Positions 37,067 through 46,664 of a stretch of 59,824 bases of DNA are shown here, piece after piece. How positions within the stretch are numbered: the stretch's first letter is position 1; each line of letters begins with the position of its first letter. The position numbers and the translations under genes were made by a program. Origin of the DNA: a virus (Duplodnaviria > Caudoviricetes). The stretch spans positions 1 through 59,824 of IMG/VR virus record IMGVR_UViG_3300020385_000016; one strand, written 5' to 3'. A model generated the notes under the pieces. That model was not told the DNA's origin and did no database searches. It worked only from the letters and a program-made list of their open reading frames with translations.

Positions 37067-38446
37067 TTATTGAAATTTATATCTTATTATTACTATACCT
37101 GATCCACCTGCCATACCAGAACCTCCTGCACCTCCACCTGCATTAGCTGTACCATTTGTTCCATTTCCAGGAGCAGGGGGTGCTGAATTTGCAGTTCCTC
37201 CACCACCATATCCACCTGTATTACCACTACCATTAGCGTATCCTCCACCGCCACCACCACCAGAATAATATCTTAATGAACCACTTGGTCCTGGTGCTCC
37301 TATTGGAGCTGCTGTATTAATTGCTGTTCCTGCGCCAGCTCCTCCAGGTCCTCCACTTGGGCTTGATCCACTACCTCCTGCAGCACTTGCTCCACCGCCG
37401 CCTCCGGCTCCAAGAGCTGGAAAACCTGTACCGGCACCACCTCCGGGTTGACCTTGTGCTGGACTAACTGCAGGAATATTTCCTGCACCACCTCCACCAG
37501 GAACATTACCACCGGCCCCACCACCTGAACCTCCTGAAACAACGGCAACTGATGGTGCACCACCAGATGCTCCTCCACCTGCACTTGTTATTGTACTAAA
37601 AATTGAAGTAGTTCCACTTGATCTTGAACAACCACCTGCTCCACCTGCTCCTACTGTAACTGGATATGTTGTTGCTGCTGCAATTGTTAAAGCTGAACAA
37701 GGTGTTGCAGCTAAAGGTGACGCTGTATATGGATCGGTAGAAAGTTTACCTTCTCTAAAACCTCCTCCACCTCCACCACCACCTAGATTTGGATATGATC
37801 CGCCACCGCCTGCAACTACTAAATAAGAAATTTTATTATTAGCTGGAGTAGGGGCTGTTGTAACTGCAAAACATGAAGTAGAAGTAAAAGTGTGAATTTT
37901 ATAATCTCCACAAGTTGTTTCTGTTCCACCTGCTGCTGTTATAAAACTAGGAACACCTGATACGTTTAAAGTAGCATCATTAACTTGTTTCCAACCTCTA
38001 GTACCATCTACATAAACTAATGTAATAGCTGCTCCTTGAGCAGATACTATACCATTAAAACAACCACCATTAATTTTAGAACTATTTCTACAAATAGTTA
38101 AAGCATTTGTTTGAAATGTAGAAGCGTAATCTGAAAATGCTACAATGTCGCCTGCACTTGGTGATGCTGGTAAAGTAACTGTAACTGCTCCTCCTGTTGT
38201 ATTTATAAAATATCCGTTACCACTAACTGATGTTAATGGAGAAGTCTTGGCAGTCGTACACCAGTTAACTGTCCCTGTTCTACCAAAACCTGTCTGACTT
38301 GCACCTGAAGCTAACGCTACAGTTGCACCACATCTACCTAAAGTTACAGTAGTTGCATCTAAAACAACAGTTTTACCTGATCCACCACCTGTTGTAAGTG
38401 TTGATCCTGATTGTTCTGTTATTGTATTTACTTCTATTTTAGACAA
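37067..38446 (-). CDS. glycine-rich tail fibre/adhesin 1
   Basis: paralog; TTG start; ends IIRYKFQ. Confidence 0.8.
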   Translation of the reverse strand: MSKIEVNTITEQSGSTLTTGGGSGKTVVLDATTVTLGRCGATVALASGASQTGFGRTGTVNWCTTAKTSPLTSVSGNGYFINTTGGAVTVTLPASPSAGDIVAFSDYASTFQTNALTICRNSSKINGGCFNGIVSAQGAAITLVYVDGTRGWKQVNDATLNVSGVPSFITAAGGTETTCGDYKIHTFTSTSCFAVTTAPTPANNKISYLVVAGGGGSYPNLGGGGGGGGFREGKLSTDPYTASPLAATPCSALTIAAATTYPVTVGAGGAGGCSRSSGTTSIFSTITSAGGGASGGAPSVAVVSGGSGGGAGGNVPGGGGAGNIPAVSPAQGQPGGGAGTGFPALGAGGGGGASAAGGSGSSPSGGPGGAGAGTAINTAAPIGAPGPSGSLRYYSGGGGGGGYANGSGNTGGYGGGGTANSAPPAPGNGTNGTANAGGGAGGSGMAGGSGIVIIRYKFQ

Positions 38447-38615
38447 TGACTAATACTCCTGTTACTGTGATTGTTCCAGGTATAGTGATAGGACCTGCAA
38501 GAACTCCGTTCTCAACAGTTTGTGTACCATCAATCGTACCTGCTTGATTTTTTATAAATTCATCCGGTGATGTCTGTCCTCCAATATATTGGATTCCATT
38601 TACTATTGCCGTCAT
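38439..38615 (-). CDS. small fibre-associated protein (58 aa; not in track)
   Basis: MTAIVNGIQYIGGQTSPDEFIKNQAGTIDG...LAGPITIP...LVIV, with AAGGAG RBS. Confidence 0.7.
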   Translation of the reverse strand: MTAIVNGIQYIGGQTSPDEFIKNQAGTIDGTQTVENGVLAGPITIPGTITVTGVLVIV

Positions 38616-38623
38616 AATACTCC

Positions 38624-38950
38624 TTACGAACTAATTGTATCGATGTACGAAAGAACCACGTCTAAACTACTTGCTGTATCAGAGACTGCTTCTAACGTAT
38701 CACCACTAGCTAAAACAATTTTTGCTCCGCCTTGAATTAATTCAATAGCAGAATTTGGTGGAACACTAACGCCTTTTGCTAAAAAGTAATCAGCTCCGCC
38801 TTTAGCAATCTTAACATCAATTGCAATTGTTGATGTTAAAATATTACAACATCTAATACCAATAACTGCATCGTAGTTTCCACCCGCTAACAATGTAGTA
38901 TCTGATGTTCCAATTGTTCTAACTAATACGTTTCTAAAATCTTGTGCCAT
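38624..38950 (-). CDS. small virion protein
   Basis: VSVPPNSAIEL...KIVLASGDTL. Confidence 0.75.
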   Translation of the reverse strand: MAQDFRNVLVRTIGTSDTTLLAGGNYDAVIGIRCCNILTSTIAIDVKIAKGGADYFLAKGVSVPPNSAIELIQGGAKIVLASGDTLEAVSDTASSLDVVLSYIDTISS

Positions 38951-38959
38951 ATTTTTTTC

Positions 38960-39343
38960 CTATAATGCAACGGCCATTGCTAATGCAAAACCATTACTTG
39001 CTGCTCCTACTGGATTACCTGTTGCATCCAGATAAACCGATTTGCTAGCTGGTAATGTACAGAATACATCTTTAGTGCCTGCAGAAAAATTTACTGCTGC
39101 ATCTGAATTAGAACTGGAGATAACTGTAGTTCTAGTTAGATTCGCACTTGATCCGTCTAATGTACCTAGACCAACTTCAAATTCACTTGTTCCTTGATTA
39201 AATATACAATAGTAAGTCGTATTGTTATTTCCAATACCTTGTGCAAAAGTTTCAAAGCCAGTCACTGCTGCTCCAAGTGCAAACGCACCTGTACCAGTAG
39301 TTGTGCTCGTTACTTTTACTCTATCATTTATTACTAACGCCAT
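38960..39343 (-). CDS. tail structural protein
   Basis: DRVKVTSTTTGTG, EVGLGT, ends AMAVAL. Confidence 0.75.
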   Translation of the reverse strand: MALVINDRVKVTSTTTGTGAFALGAAVTGFETFAQGIGNNNTTYYCIFNQGTSEFEVGLGTLDGSSANLTRTTVISSSNSDAAVNFSAGTKDVFCTLPASKSVYLDATGNPVGAASNGFALAMAVAL

Positions 39344-39354
39344 AAATTTTTTCC

Positions 39355-39786
39355 TTAACTCATACTTATAATTGCATTTGCCGGTGTTGCTGGATCAGGG
39401 AAAGCAATTGTAAACGTACCATTAGTTGCCGTTTTACTTCCGCCAAAATCTAATACAACACATAATTTATCTGATTTGTCATCATTATAAATAGCTGCTC
39501 CTGCTGCACTAAATGTAGCACTAGCTATTGATGAATCAGCAAAGTCAACAGATGCTACTGCAGTACCTGAAGCAACCGCTTGTGAACCTAAAACTTTTCC
39601 ACCTGTTGTATAACCAGAACCACCTCCAGAACTTACTTCATTTGCAGTAAGATAAGTTGTGCTTGCTGTGCTATATCCAGATATAGTTGTGTATAATGCT
39701 ATTTTAAATGAATCTCCGCCACTTGCAAAATTATGTGTTCCCGAAAAGAGTTCTCCTCTAAATGCGAACGGTATTATATTTGCCAT
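39355..39786 (-). CDS. structural protein
   Basis: FKIALYT, GYTTGG, VLDFGG. Confidence 0.75.
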   Translation of the reverse strand: MANIIPFAFRGELFSGTHNFASGGDSFKIALYTTISGYSTASTTYLTANEVSSGGGSGYTTGGKVLGSQAVASGTAVASVDFADSSIASATFSAAGAAIYNDDKSDKLCVVLDFGGSKTATNGTFTIAFPDPATPANAIISMS

Positions 39787-39801
39787 ATTTTATCTCCTTA
39801 T

Positions 39802-40488
39802 TTATTTATTACTTGATGGATTTTTGGATTCTAAAACGGTACGAATAACCCCATCTTGATATTCGTCTCGGCGTCTTCGACCTTGTTGTTCGATCGCATA
39901 CGATAGTAAAGCTTTTTCATAAGCTTGTGAATAGTATTGTAACATATCTGCAGGACCTTTCAAGTACCCATATGCATTCACAAGAGATCCATATAGAATA
40001 AGATCTTGATATTTATTTGATAAAAAGGTTCCAGTTCCACTAACTGTGGCATCTGTTAAACTAACTGGCTCCTTATTATAGGCTAAAGTGATACTATATG
40101 TTTTATCAGGAGTAGGTGCTACTACCCAAAATTCTTCGTCCCAGTTAGCATAATATTTTGGTATATCTACAGCTGCTGTTCCAGGTGTAGAATAATATTC
40201 TGCCATAAAACTAGTGTCTCTTTGCTCTAAATAAAATTGATTTCCTGCTGAATCTGTAAGTTGAGCATACCTAATTAATCTTAAATCTGCAGGTATCGTT
40301 ACATATCGATTACCTACAATTAAGCTTGATGTTGCGTAATGTCTGTCTTGATCTGAATCGACTTCTCTATAAATTTTATTTTCTGCGTTTTGAATAAGTC
40401 TATTTACAACAGAATCTGTAAAAACATTACTTCCTACTTCTGTGTAACCTCTAATATCTGTTTGTAAATCTGTTAAAGTATATGCCAT
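39802..40488 (-). CDS. head-tail adaptor / tail tubular protein A-like
   Basis: IQNAENKIYR, PKYYA, VAPTPD, LILYGSL. Confidence 0.7.
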   Translation of the reverse strand: MAYTLTDLQTDIRGYTEVGSNVFTDSVVNRLIQNAENKIYREVDSDQDRHYATSSLIVGNRYVTIPADLRLIRYAQLTDSAGNQFYLEQRDTSFMAEYYSTPGTAAVDIPKYYANWDEEFWVVAPTPDKTYSITLAYNKEPVSLTDATVSGTGTFLSNKYQDLILYGSLVNAYGYLKGPADMLQYYSQAYEKALLSYAIEQQGRRRRDEYQDGVIRTVLESKNPSSNK

Positions 40489-41126
40489 TATCCGTTTACT
40501 ACCTCAAGTGTTACTGGTCCTGCTGAACAGTTATCTCCTCCACCTTGTATATTACCTGACGTTGCATTACTAGTGCTTGTTATATAAAAATAATTTATAG
40601 GAGTTGTTAGTGAATCTGTTGTCGTAGCTCCTGTAACATTTCCTGTTGAATCAATTTGACCCAATGCAATAGTAAAACCATTTGCATTATTTAAATCACT
40701 TACATTATCAAAGGTAGGTATATTTATAAAAGCTTGTAGATTTCTTTGATCAGCTTCATCTGCACCTCCTGCACCTGCGGTTGTTACAATAGGTGGTCCT
40801 CTAAATCTTACAATGTCACCAGCTTTTCTTTGATGATCTTCTGAATAAATATTTACATAAGTTGTGCCACCATAAATAATAGTTGTAAATGGATTGGGAT
40901 CTAACAAAATTAAACTAGCAACTGATGCAGGTTTTGGTCTTGGATTATATAAAGCTATTGAATCTGATCCAACAGGTTTTGGTTCAAGTTGTGGTTGCTT
41001 TGCTTCATACTCTGAAGTGTGAACTAAAGATCCATTCCATTCTCTAACCATTTCTGTATAGGGAAATGCCATACCTGATCTATCTGATATTGCTAATGAT
41101 CTTTTACCCGATGCATACTTACCCAT
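40488..41126 (-). CDS. virion protein
   Basis: AISDRSG..FPY..MVREWNG...EAKQPQL N-domain plus beta C-domain. Confidence 0.7.
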   Translation of the reverse strand: MGKYASGKRSLAISDRSGMAFPYTEMVREWNGSLVHTSEYEAKQPQLEPKPVGSDSIALYNPRPKPASVASLILLDPNPFTTIIYGGTTYVNIYSEDHQRKAGDIVRFRGPPIVTTAGAGGADEADQRNLQAFINIPTFDNVSDLNNANGFTIALGQIDSTGNVTGATTTDSLTTPINYFYITSTSNATSGNIQGGGDNCSAGPVTLEVVNG

Positions 41127-42211
41127 TATACTCCATCTCCATAAAATGTTTGTGGTGAAATGAAACTAGATGTACCTTGATTATCTGCATCAAGTGCTCT
41201 TAACATTTCACTTTCATAAATTCTCTCTAACTCTTGTGTTCTTTCAGGTGAAACTTTCATACTTAAATAGTATGCAAGTCCTGACATCATACAAGGATAA
41301 AATCTATTTACTACATCTGCTGTGTGAGAATAACCACCAACGTCTTGTATCTTTGCTAAATAATAAAAACAAAATTGAAAACTACTTGGTGTAGTTGTAC
41401 TTGATACACTTGAACTTGGTGTTGTATATAAAAAAATACTTGGGTTTAATTTTCTCTCTACATAATATTGTGAAGGAGTACCTTTAGATAATTTGTTTGG
41501 TGTTTGTGAATATGTGGATCTATCTATTTTTGTAAGTGCAACATCTACTGGTGCTGTTGTTGTTGAATTGTTTCTATAATAACCTTCTAAAACATCACTT
41601 ATATCACTTGGAAAATTAGTTGAATCACTTGCAAAACTATATTCAGCTTGACCTTCTATTAATGGTACTTTCGCTAATTTTACTTTCCATAAATGTACAC
41701 CTCTATTTCCCCATTCTTGAAAAAGAATATTTAATGATCGTCTTGCAGATCTTAATTGATAACCTGTTCTTGTTCCTAATACGCCTGTTCTTTCGTAAGC
41801 TTCCTCAATAATATCATCCATTTGAGGATCAAATTCAGTAGTGCCTGATGTAGGTGCAATGGTTTGAGCAGAATTACCCATACCAGCATGAACTGTACAA
41901 TAATAAAATAATACTGGAGCGCCGGTAGTTTTAACTGGTGCAACATTAATTGTTGTATTTGATCCTGCATTTCCAGATGCTCCGGTAGTGGTTACACCTG
42001 TTGTATAAGATGCTGTTGGACTATTATTAGGATTTGTAGAAAATGCAAAAATGTGTGTATCATTACTACTATCAGAGGTATCAAAGATATATGTATTACC
42101 TTCTTGTAAATAAAGTACAGGAGCTAACTCTCCGTTAATATAATATCTATTACCGGTTCCATATTGAGTTGTCCCCGTCGCTACGGTGACTGTGTAAGTA
42201 ATTGTAGCCAC
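41126..42211 (-). CDS. adaptor-like protein with N-terminal cupredoxin-like domain
   Basis: N: H...FYYCTVHAGMG; C: IIEEAYER...SARRSLNILFQEWGNRGVHLW...GLAYYL. Confidence 0.7.
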   Translation of the reverse strand: MATITYTVTVATGTTQYGTGNRYYINGELAPVLYLQEGNTYIFDTSDSSNDTHIFAFSTNPNNSPTASYTTGVTTTGASGNAGSNTTINVAPVKTTGAPVLFYYCTVHAGMGNSAQTIAPTSGTTEFDPQMDDIIEEAYERTGVLGTRTGYQLRSARRSLNILFQEWGNRGVHLWKVKLAKVPLIEGQAEYSFASDSTNFPSDISDVLEGYYRNNSTTTAPVDVALTKIDRSTYSQTPNKLSKGTPSQYYVERKLNPSIFLYTTPSSSVSSTTTPSSFQFCFYYLAKIQDVGGYSHTADVVNRFYPCMMSGLAYYLSMKVSPERTQELERIYESEMLRALDADNQGTSSFISPQTFYGDGV

Positions 42212-42223
42212 AAGTTGCTCCTA

Positions 42224-42532
42224 TTAGCCGCCAGTTATTGTTAATGTAACACTTCCACCTGAACCTGCTAAATTGTAAACAATTCCTTTATCAAAAAGAA
42301 TTCCAGAACCTGGTACATAAACTTCTAAACCTTCTGTTCCAAAATTATAAGTTGCTACTAAATTACCTGCTGCAGCTGCTCCTGAAGTTGCTACATTATA
42401 TAAAAGTAAAGTAGAACTTGCTATTCCTTTTCCTTGAATAGAAGTAACTCTAGCTCTGCCTGCTCTTGATAAAGTATCAGCACCTATTGTTGCTAAGTTA
42501 AGGGTTGTTTGATCACTTGAGTATGATGACAT
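42224..42532 (-). CDS. small structural protein
   Basis: VPGSGILFDKGI motif. Confidence 0.7.
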   Translation of the reverse strand: MSSYSSDQTTLNLATIGADTLSRAGRARVTSIQGKGIASSTLLLYNVATSGAAAAGNLVATYNFGTEGLEVYVPGSGILFDKGIVYNLAGSGGSVTLTITGG

Positions 42533-42552
42533 ATTTTCTCCTGTTAAATTTT

Positions 42553-42572
42553 ATGTGGGCCGAAGCCCACAT
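42553..42572 (-). terminator. UUCG-capped hairpin
   Basis: ATGTGGGC-TTCG-GCCCACAT on the minus strand. Confidence 0.6.
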
Positions 42573-42582
42573 TAATTATTTA

Positions 42583-42993
42583 TTACGCTATTGTTGCACC
42601 TTGAACTGAAGTTGCAACCCAACCAATAGTACTATTCCAAACTAAAGTAACTGATTCAGCTACTGCATCGAAAGCAACTGTTGTTCCACTTGCAAATGTA
42701 ACTGGAGTAACTGTTGCAGTTCCGCCACCATCAACAATCATGTTAATGATTTTAACTTGTCCTGAAGTTGTTCCATCAGCTAAAGTTACTGCTGCAGCTC
42801 CGCCAGCTGTAGTAAGTTCTGTTATTAAGTTTGTAAGATCAACAGCTCCTGCACCAGATAATGTTTGCACACCACCTGTAATAGATGCTCCGTAAGTAGC
42901 ATTAGTTGTAACTGCACCTGTTGATGTATTTTTAGTTATTGCTTCAAAACCGTTTTCCGATCTTACCGGTCCTGAAAATGTTGTGTTTGCCAT
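42583..42993 (-). CDS. minor capsid/decoration-type protein
   Basis: MANTTFSGPVRSENGF N-terminus, Thr/Gly rich. Confidence 0.7.
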   Translation of the reverse strand: MANTTFSGPVRSENGFEAITKNTSTGAVTTNATYGASITGGVQTLSGAGAVDLTNLITELTTAGGAAAVTLADGTTSGQVKIINMIVDGGGTATVTPVTFASGTTVAFDAVAESVTLVWNSTIGWVATSVQGATIA

Positions 42994-43000
42994 GTTATAT

Positions 43001-43061
43001 TCCTCCTAGAATACGTAAATATAGTCCTCTAGGGATGTCGACTATACGCGTCTATATTTAC
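43001..43061 (-). ncRNA. candidate cis-regulatory structured 5' leader (pseudoknot over the RBS)
   Basis: GTAAATATAG/CTATATTTAC, TATAGTC/GACTATA and CCTAGA/TCTAGG(AGG) pairings. Confidence 0.5.
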
Positions 43062-43123
43062 TTGTTTGTTATTAATGTATAGTAATTAAGATATATATGA
43101 TTTTTATATAGAGTGCAAGAAGG

Positions 43124-43837
43124 TTATATATGAAGAGGAATACAGGTACCCCAATCTATAAACGTCGGTTCAGCTAGATCTTTTCTATCATACACATCAA
43201 AAGCAACACTAATTCTAGGGCTTTTAGATAATGTTGTGTCTGTATAATGAGGCAAATATGTAGGAAAAATAATCATTTCACCTGGAATATTTTCTATACA
43301 CCAGCCTTGGTTTTCACAAACTGAAAGGTAATAGGTGGATGTAGATTCTGCTTGAATAGTTAAATGGCCACTTAAAAAGCTTTTTTCAGAATCTAACAAA
43401 GAGCGATGTTTATGTTGACCTATTTTTTCATCTTTCCTTAAAACATTAAACCAACAAATAATCCATAAATCATTGGTAGGAATATTCTTTCCTTCTTTAT
43501 TAAATTTATTAACACACATTCTTATATTTTTTATTATATGTTCTTGTAATCCTTTTAATGCAGAGGATTTAAATTTTAAAAAATTAAAAAATTGATATCT
43601 TGCAGTTAAACCATTAGTTAAACCTGTACCTCCATCGTGAGTTGCGGGATATTTATTTATTATCTCTTTTTCTTTTTTTAATAAAAAAGACACTGATTTT
43701 TTTTGATCAAAATTTAATTTATCACTTTTCCAAAACCAATAAGGAACTTCTAATCCTAGAGAGGATTTATTTTCTGTGGTTTTTAAATTAACCCAATTTA
43801 AACCTAAACCTGCTTTTCTTTCTTTGACCTTTATCAT
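43124..43837 (-). CDS. 2OG-Fe(II) oxygenase (TIGR02466-like)
   Basis: WFNVL...HKH...LSGH...FPTYLPHYT...RISVAFD. Confidence 0.8.
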   Translation of the reverse strand: MIKVKERKAGLGLNWVNLKTTENKSSLGLEVPYWFWKSDKLNFDQKKSVSFLLKKEKEIINKYPATHDGGTGLTNGLTARYQFFNFLKFKSSALKGLQEHIIKNIRMCVNKFNKEGKNIPTNDLWIICWFNVLRKDEKIGQHKHRSLLDSEKSFLSGHLTIQAESTSTYYLSVCENQGWCIENIPGEMIIFPTYLPHYTDTTLSKSPRISVAFDVYDRKDLAEPTFIDWGTCIPLHI

Positions 43838-43923
43838 TCTAATTAATAAAACATACAGTAGATTTTAATAGAGTGCAAGGGATTGCGTTGTGAATGTACG
43901 TATTTCGACGATGTAGCGTTTTA

Positions 43924-44139
43924 TTAAGTAGCTACTGATACTTCGGGTGCTGCACCCTCAATTTTATTTGTCTGGTGAGCTCTCATAGCTTCGGCCATTT
44001 TTATATCGCTTATGACCTCTCTTATTTTATGGTCTATCTTGACCATGTCGAGAGTATATCTACCCTCTTTAAGATGCTCCTGCTCCCAGTTCAACTCCAG
44101 TGACCTTTTCGCTTTGTAAAGGTCTGATAAGTTTTGCAT
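43924..44139 (-). CDS. hypothetical coiled-coil protein
   Basis: GAGGAG RBS before MQNLSDLY. Confidence 0.7.
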   Translation of the reverse strand: MQNLSDLYKAKRSLELNWEQEHLKEGRYTLDMVKIDHKIREVISDIKMAEAMRAHQTNKIEGAAPEVSVAT

Positions 44140-44326
44140 CGTGGATCTCCTCATAAGTTATCCATTTTTTAGACGAACTTGTAAATCCGTCTTTTTCCCA
44201 TTTTACACCTTTTTCTCCTAGTTTGTCAACTATTGAATTTTCAATAGCTTCAGCACTATCCTCACACGCTACTGTAAAACGCGCATGATACCCATATGCT
44301 CTTATATTAACTAGAAAATTTTTCAT
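44069..44326 (-). CDS. hypothetical protein
   Basis: ORF MKNFLVNIRAYGY. Confidence 0.7.
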   Translation of the reverse strand: MKNFLVNIRAYGYHARFTVACEDSAEAIENSIVDKLGEKGVKWEKDGFTSSSKKWITYEEIHDAKLIRPLQSEKVTGVELGAGAS

Positions 44327-44328
44327 GA

Positions 44329-45027
44329 TTACTTAAGTATACTCTTTAATAGTTTGTCTTTCAAGTTGCTAAATCTATAAAATAAACCTTGATGTTCTGC
44401 ATAATTATAGCCTTTATTTTTAAAAGATAATTTTAACTGTTTATCAGTTTCAAAGGTAATATAGCACAAAGGAGTGCCTTGAGGAATATATAAATGATTT
44501 TGTTCTTTTTTAATAGGTATAAATACATTCATTTCCATTGGTTTTTTACAATTTATTATTCCTGGTATGACTTCAAAGTCATTCATGTGCCACCATGCAT
44601 TAGAGATCATTGAAACATAATCACATTGAATAGTAAAAGAAGGACCAAATTTTAATATATGAGCATAATCACTATTTGCATAATTAATAAAATCCCAATC
44701 AGGGTGATGCATAAAATACTTTGTCCAATCAAGTCCTCCCACACTACCTCTTATTTCATTTGGTTCTATAAATAATTCAATGTCGTATGGAGATGTAAAC
44801 AGGATACTTCTTTTAAAAAGATTTATAAATCCAGAACAAGTTCTAATTGTTGTTTTAGATCTTATTCTTCTTTTTTGATTATCAAAAAAACTACTTGGAA
44901 TATCTTTGAAATATTTTGGTAAATTGTGTGGAAAAGAAACTAAATGATTCTTTAAAATTTTTGTAGGTATTACATTAGATTGAACTATAATCTCTTTCTC
45001 TCTCACAAACATACTTTTATATAGCAC
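44329..45027 (-). CDS. hypothetical protein, possible dUTPase-like/DUF6065 beta fold
   Basis: TIRTCSGF, IPGII, IPQGTPLCYI; start uncertain. Confidence 0.55.
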   Translation of the reverse strand: MLYKSMFVREKEIIVQSNVIPTKILKNHLVSFPHNLPKYFKDIPSSFFDNQKRRIRSKTTIRTCSGFINLFKRSILFTSPYDIELFIEPNEIRGSVGGLDWTKYFMHHPDWDFINYANSDYAHILKFGPSFTIQCDYVSMISNAWWHMNDFEVIPGIINCKKPMEMNVFIPIKKEQNHLYIPQGTPLCYITFETDKQLKLSFKNKGYNYAEHQGLFYRFSNLKDKLLKSILK

Positions 45028-45056
45028 AAAAAAAAGGGGCCCGAAAGCCCCTTTTT
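45028..45056 (-). terminator. intrinsic terminator after the major capsid gene
   Basis: GGGGC/GCCCC stem with an 8-T tract on the minus strand. Confidence 0.85.
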
Positions 45057-45074
45057 AAATATTAGTTTTAACGA

Positions 45075-45980
45075 TTATACAGCGTTAGAACCAAAGATAC
45101 CTCTAGGGTCTGAGAATCCGAATACGTATCTCTCTCTAGCTTTGTATCTTACGTTTCCTGTGTCAAAGTCACCTTCCATTGAAGTTTTGATAGGTGCTCT
45201 AACAAAGTGTTTAAGACCATTAGGTACATCTGTTTTAAGAAACCATTTTTTGTTAGATGTTAAGTAGTGGTTCACTGTGTATCCTTGAGGAACCATTCCC
45301 ATATTTCTAACAGCATTGATATCGTTATCAGCTGTGCCAACTCTGCCTGCAGAATTCATAAGTCTGTCAGCAGTAAATTGAAGCGCAGAAGGAATAATTA
45401 ATTTAGTTCCTTGTGCCGCAATTTTTAGGCCTCTTTCATCAGTAAACGCAGCGACGTCGATTAACGCCTGTTCTAATGATGTTTCGTTTAAGTCAGAAGC
45501 GACTGCTAATTCATTTGAAAACGTACCAGCTAGTGTTGGGTGAACAGTTGAACATAATTCAACTCCATCGCCACCAGCAAAGTTCGCATCAAACGCATTA
45601 TTTAATACCGCTGCTGCTTTTACTTGCTTCGTGTTTGCCATAGATCTTGCTAACGCTTTTGTATATCTAGACGCAAGTCTGTCATACAAGTTATCTTCGA
45701 TAGCTTCTTCTGTGATTGCAAACGCTAACGCAATTGTTTCGTTTGTGTAACGAGCTGTGTAAGTCTCTTGCGCATCATCGAATGTTACGCCTTGACCTTC
45801 AGGTTTTACAGCTGCATTCGCAAAACCACTTAACATTACTTCCTCTTCGAAAGCTCTGTCAGATGTTTCTGTGTCGAATATTTCTGCATGCTCGTTAGCA
45901 TAGTTTTTATACTCTAGTCCGAATAGTGCATTCAGACCAGGCTCTAGTTCTTTAACTAGTTGTGCTCTTGATATTGCCAT
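45075..45980 (-). CDS. major capsid protein
   Basis: MAISRAQLVKELEPGLNALFGLEY, ITEEAIEDNLY, RYKARERY..G.SDPRG. Confidence 0.9.
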   Translation of the reverse strand: MAISRAQLVKELEPGLNALFGLEYKNYANEHAEIFDTETSDRAFEEEVMLSGFANAAVKPEGQGVTFDDAQETYTARYTNETIALAFAITEEAIEDNLYDRLASRYTKALARSMANTKQVKAAAVLNNAFDANFAGGDGVELCSTVHPTLAGTFSNELAVASDLNETSLEQALIDVAAFTDERGLKIAAQGTKLIIPSALQFTADRLMNSAGRVGTADNDINAVRNMGMVPQGYTVNHYLTSNKKWFLKTDVPNGLKHFVRAPIKTSMEGDFDTGNVRYKARERYVFGFSDPRGIFGSNAV

Positions 45981-46001
45981 AGTTTTATACTCCTATTCTT
46001 A

Positions 46002-46664
46002 TTAGTTTACGCCATTATACAGGTTCGAACGACCAGCAATAACTACGATTTGGTTTGATCCAACCGCTGTGTTATCTTTGTTCTCTGGATCGTCTGCAGA
46101 TCTCACAAGTTTAAACATGTGAGTAGCATCCGCTCCGCCGCCGATATCTAAAGTTACAGTCGATTGACCGTCTTTAGCATCCGTTGCTGTAAAGCTGTTA
46201 GTGTTATAGCCAGCATCGCCGTACATAGCTTGAGTAACTGCCGCATCCGCTTTGATTACGTATTCTTGAAACGGATTGTCATTTACAAAACCTAGACCGT
46301 CGTTGCTGCCCGTATTATAGTCAGTTCCAAATGTTGTGCTTGCTGCTACTGAATTTGCGAACGTTGGTTTTTTCGTTGTACTGTTTACGAAGAAACAGCC
46401 GTTGAAAGAACCAATAAGAGGAGCATGACCTGTATTTACATACGTTGCTCCACCATTTCCACCATCGTCAGTAGTTGCGAAACTTGCATCTTGTAAATAA
46501 CCTTGGTCACCACTTGCATCTTGAAGTGATACTGGATTATTTTTGAAGATACCAACACCTAGGCCTGATTTGATTTTGTATTCAGATTGACCTGAAGTCG
46601 CTGGAGTATTTCCAACAACCATAGTCGTTCTTAAACCAAAACCAGTTGTACTTGCATTTGCCAT
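46002..46664 (-). CDS. capsid decoration/cement-like protein
   Basis: directly upstream of the capsid gene; FGLR...VNDNP. Confidence 0.7.
   Translation of the reverse strand: MANASTTGFGLRTTMVVGNTPATSGQSEYKIKSGLGVGIFKNNPVSLQDASGDQGYLQDASFATTDDGGNGGATYVNTGHAPLIGSFNGCFFVNSTTKKPTFANSVAASTTFGTDYNTGSNDGLGFVNDNPFQEYVIKADAAVTQAMYGDAGYNTNSFTATDAKDGQSTVTLDIGGGADATHMFKLVRSADDPENKDNTAVGSNQIVVIAGRSNLYNGVN

Noticed and set aside
34255-38446. Diversity-generating retroelement acting on the fibres
   Set aside because: No reverse transcriptase and no TR/VR pair differing only at adenines was seen
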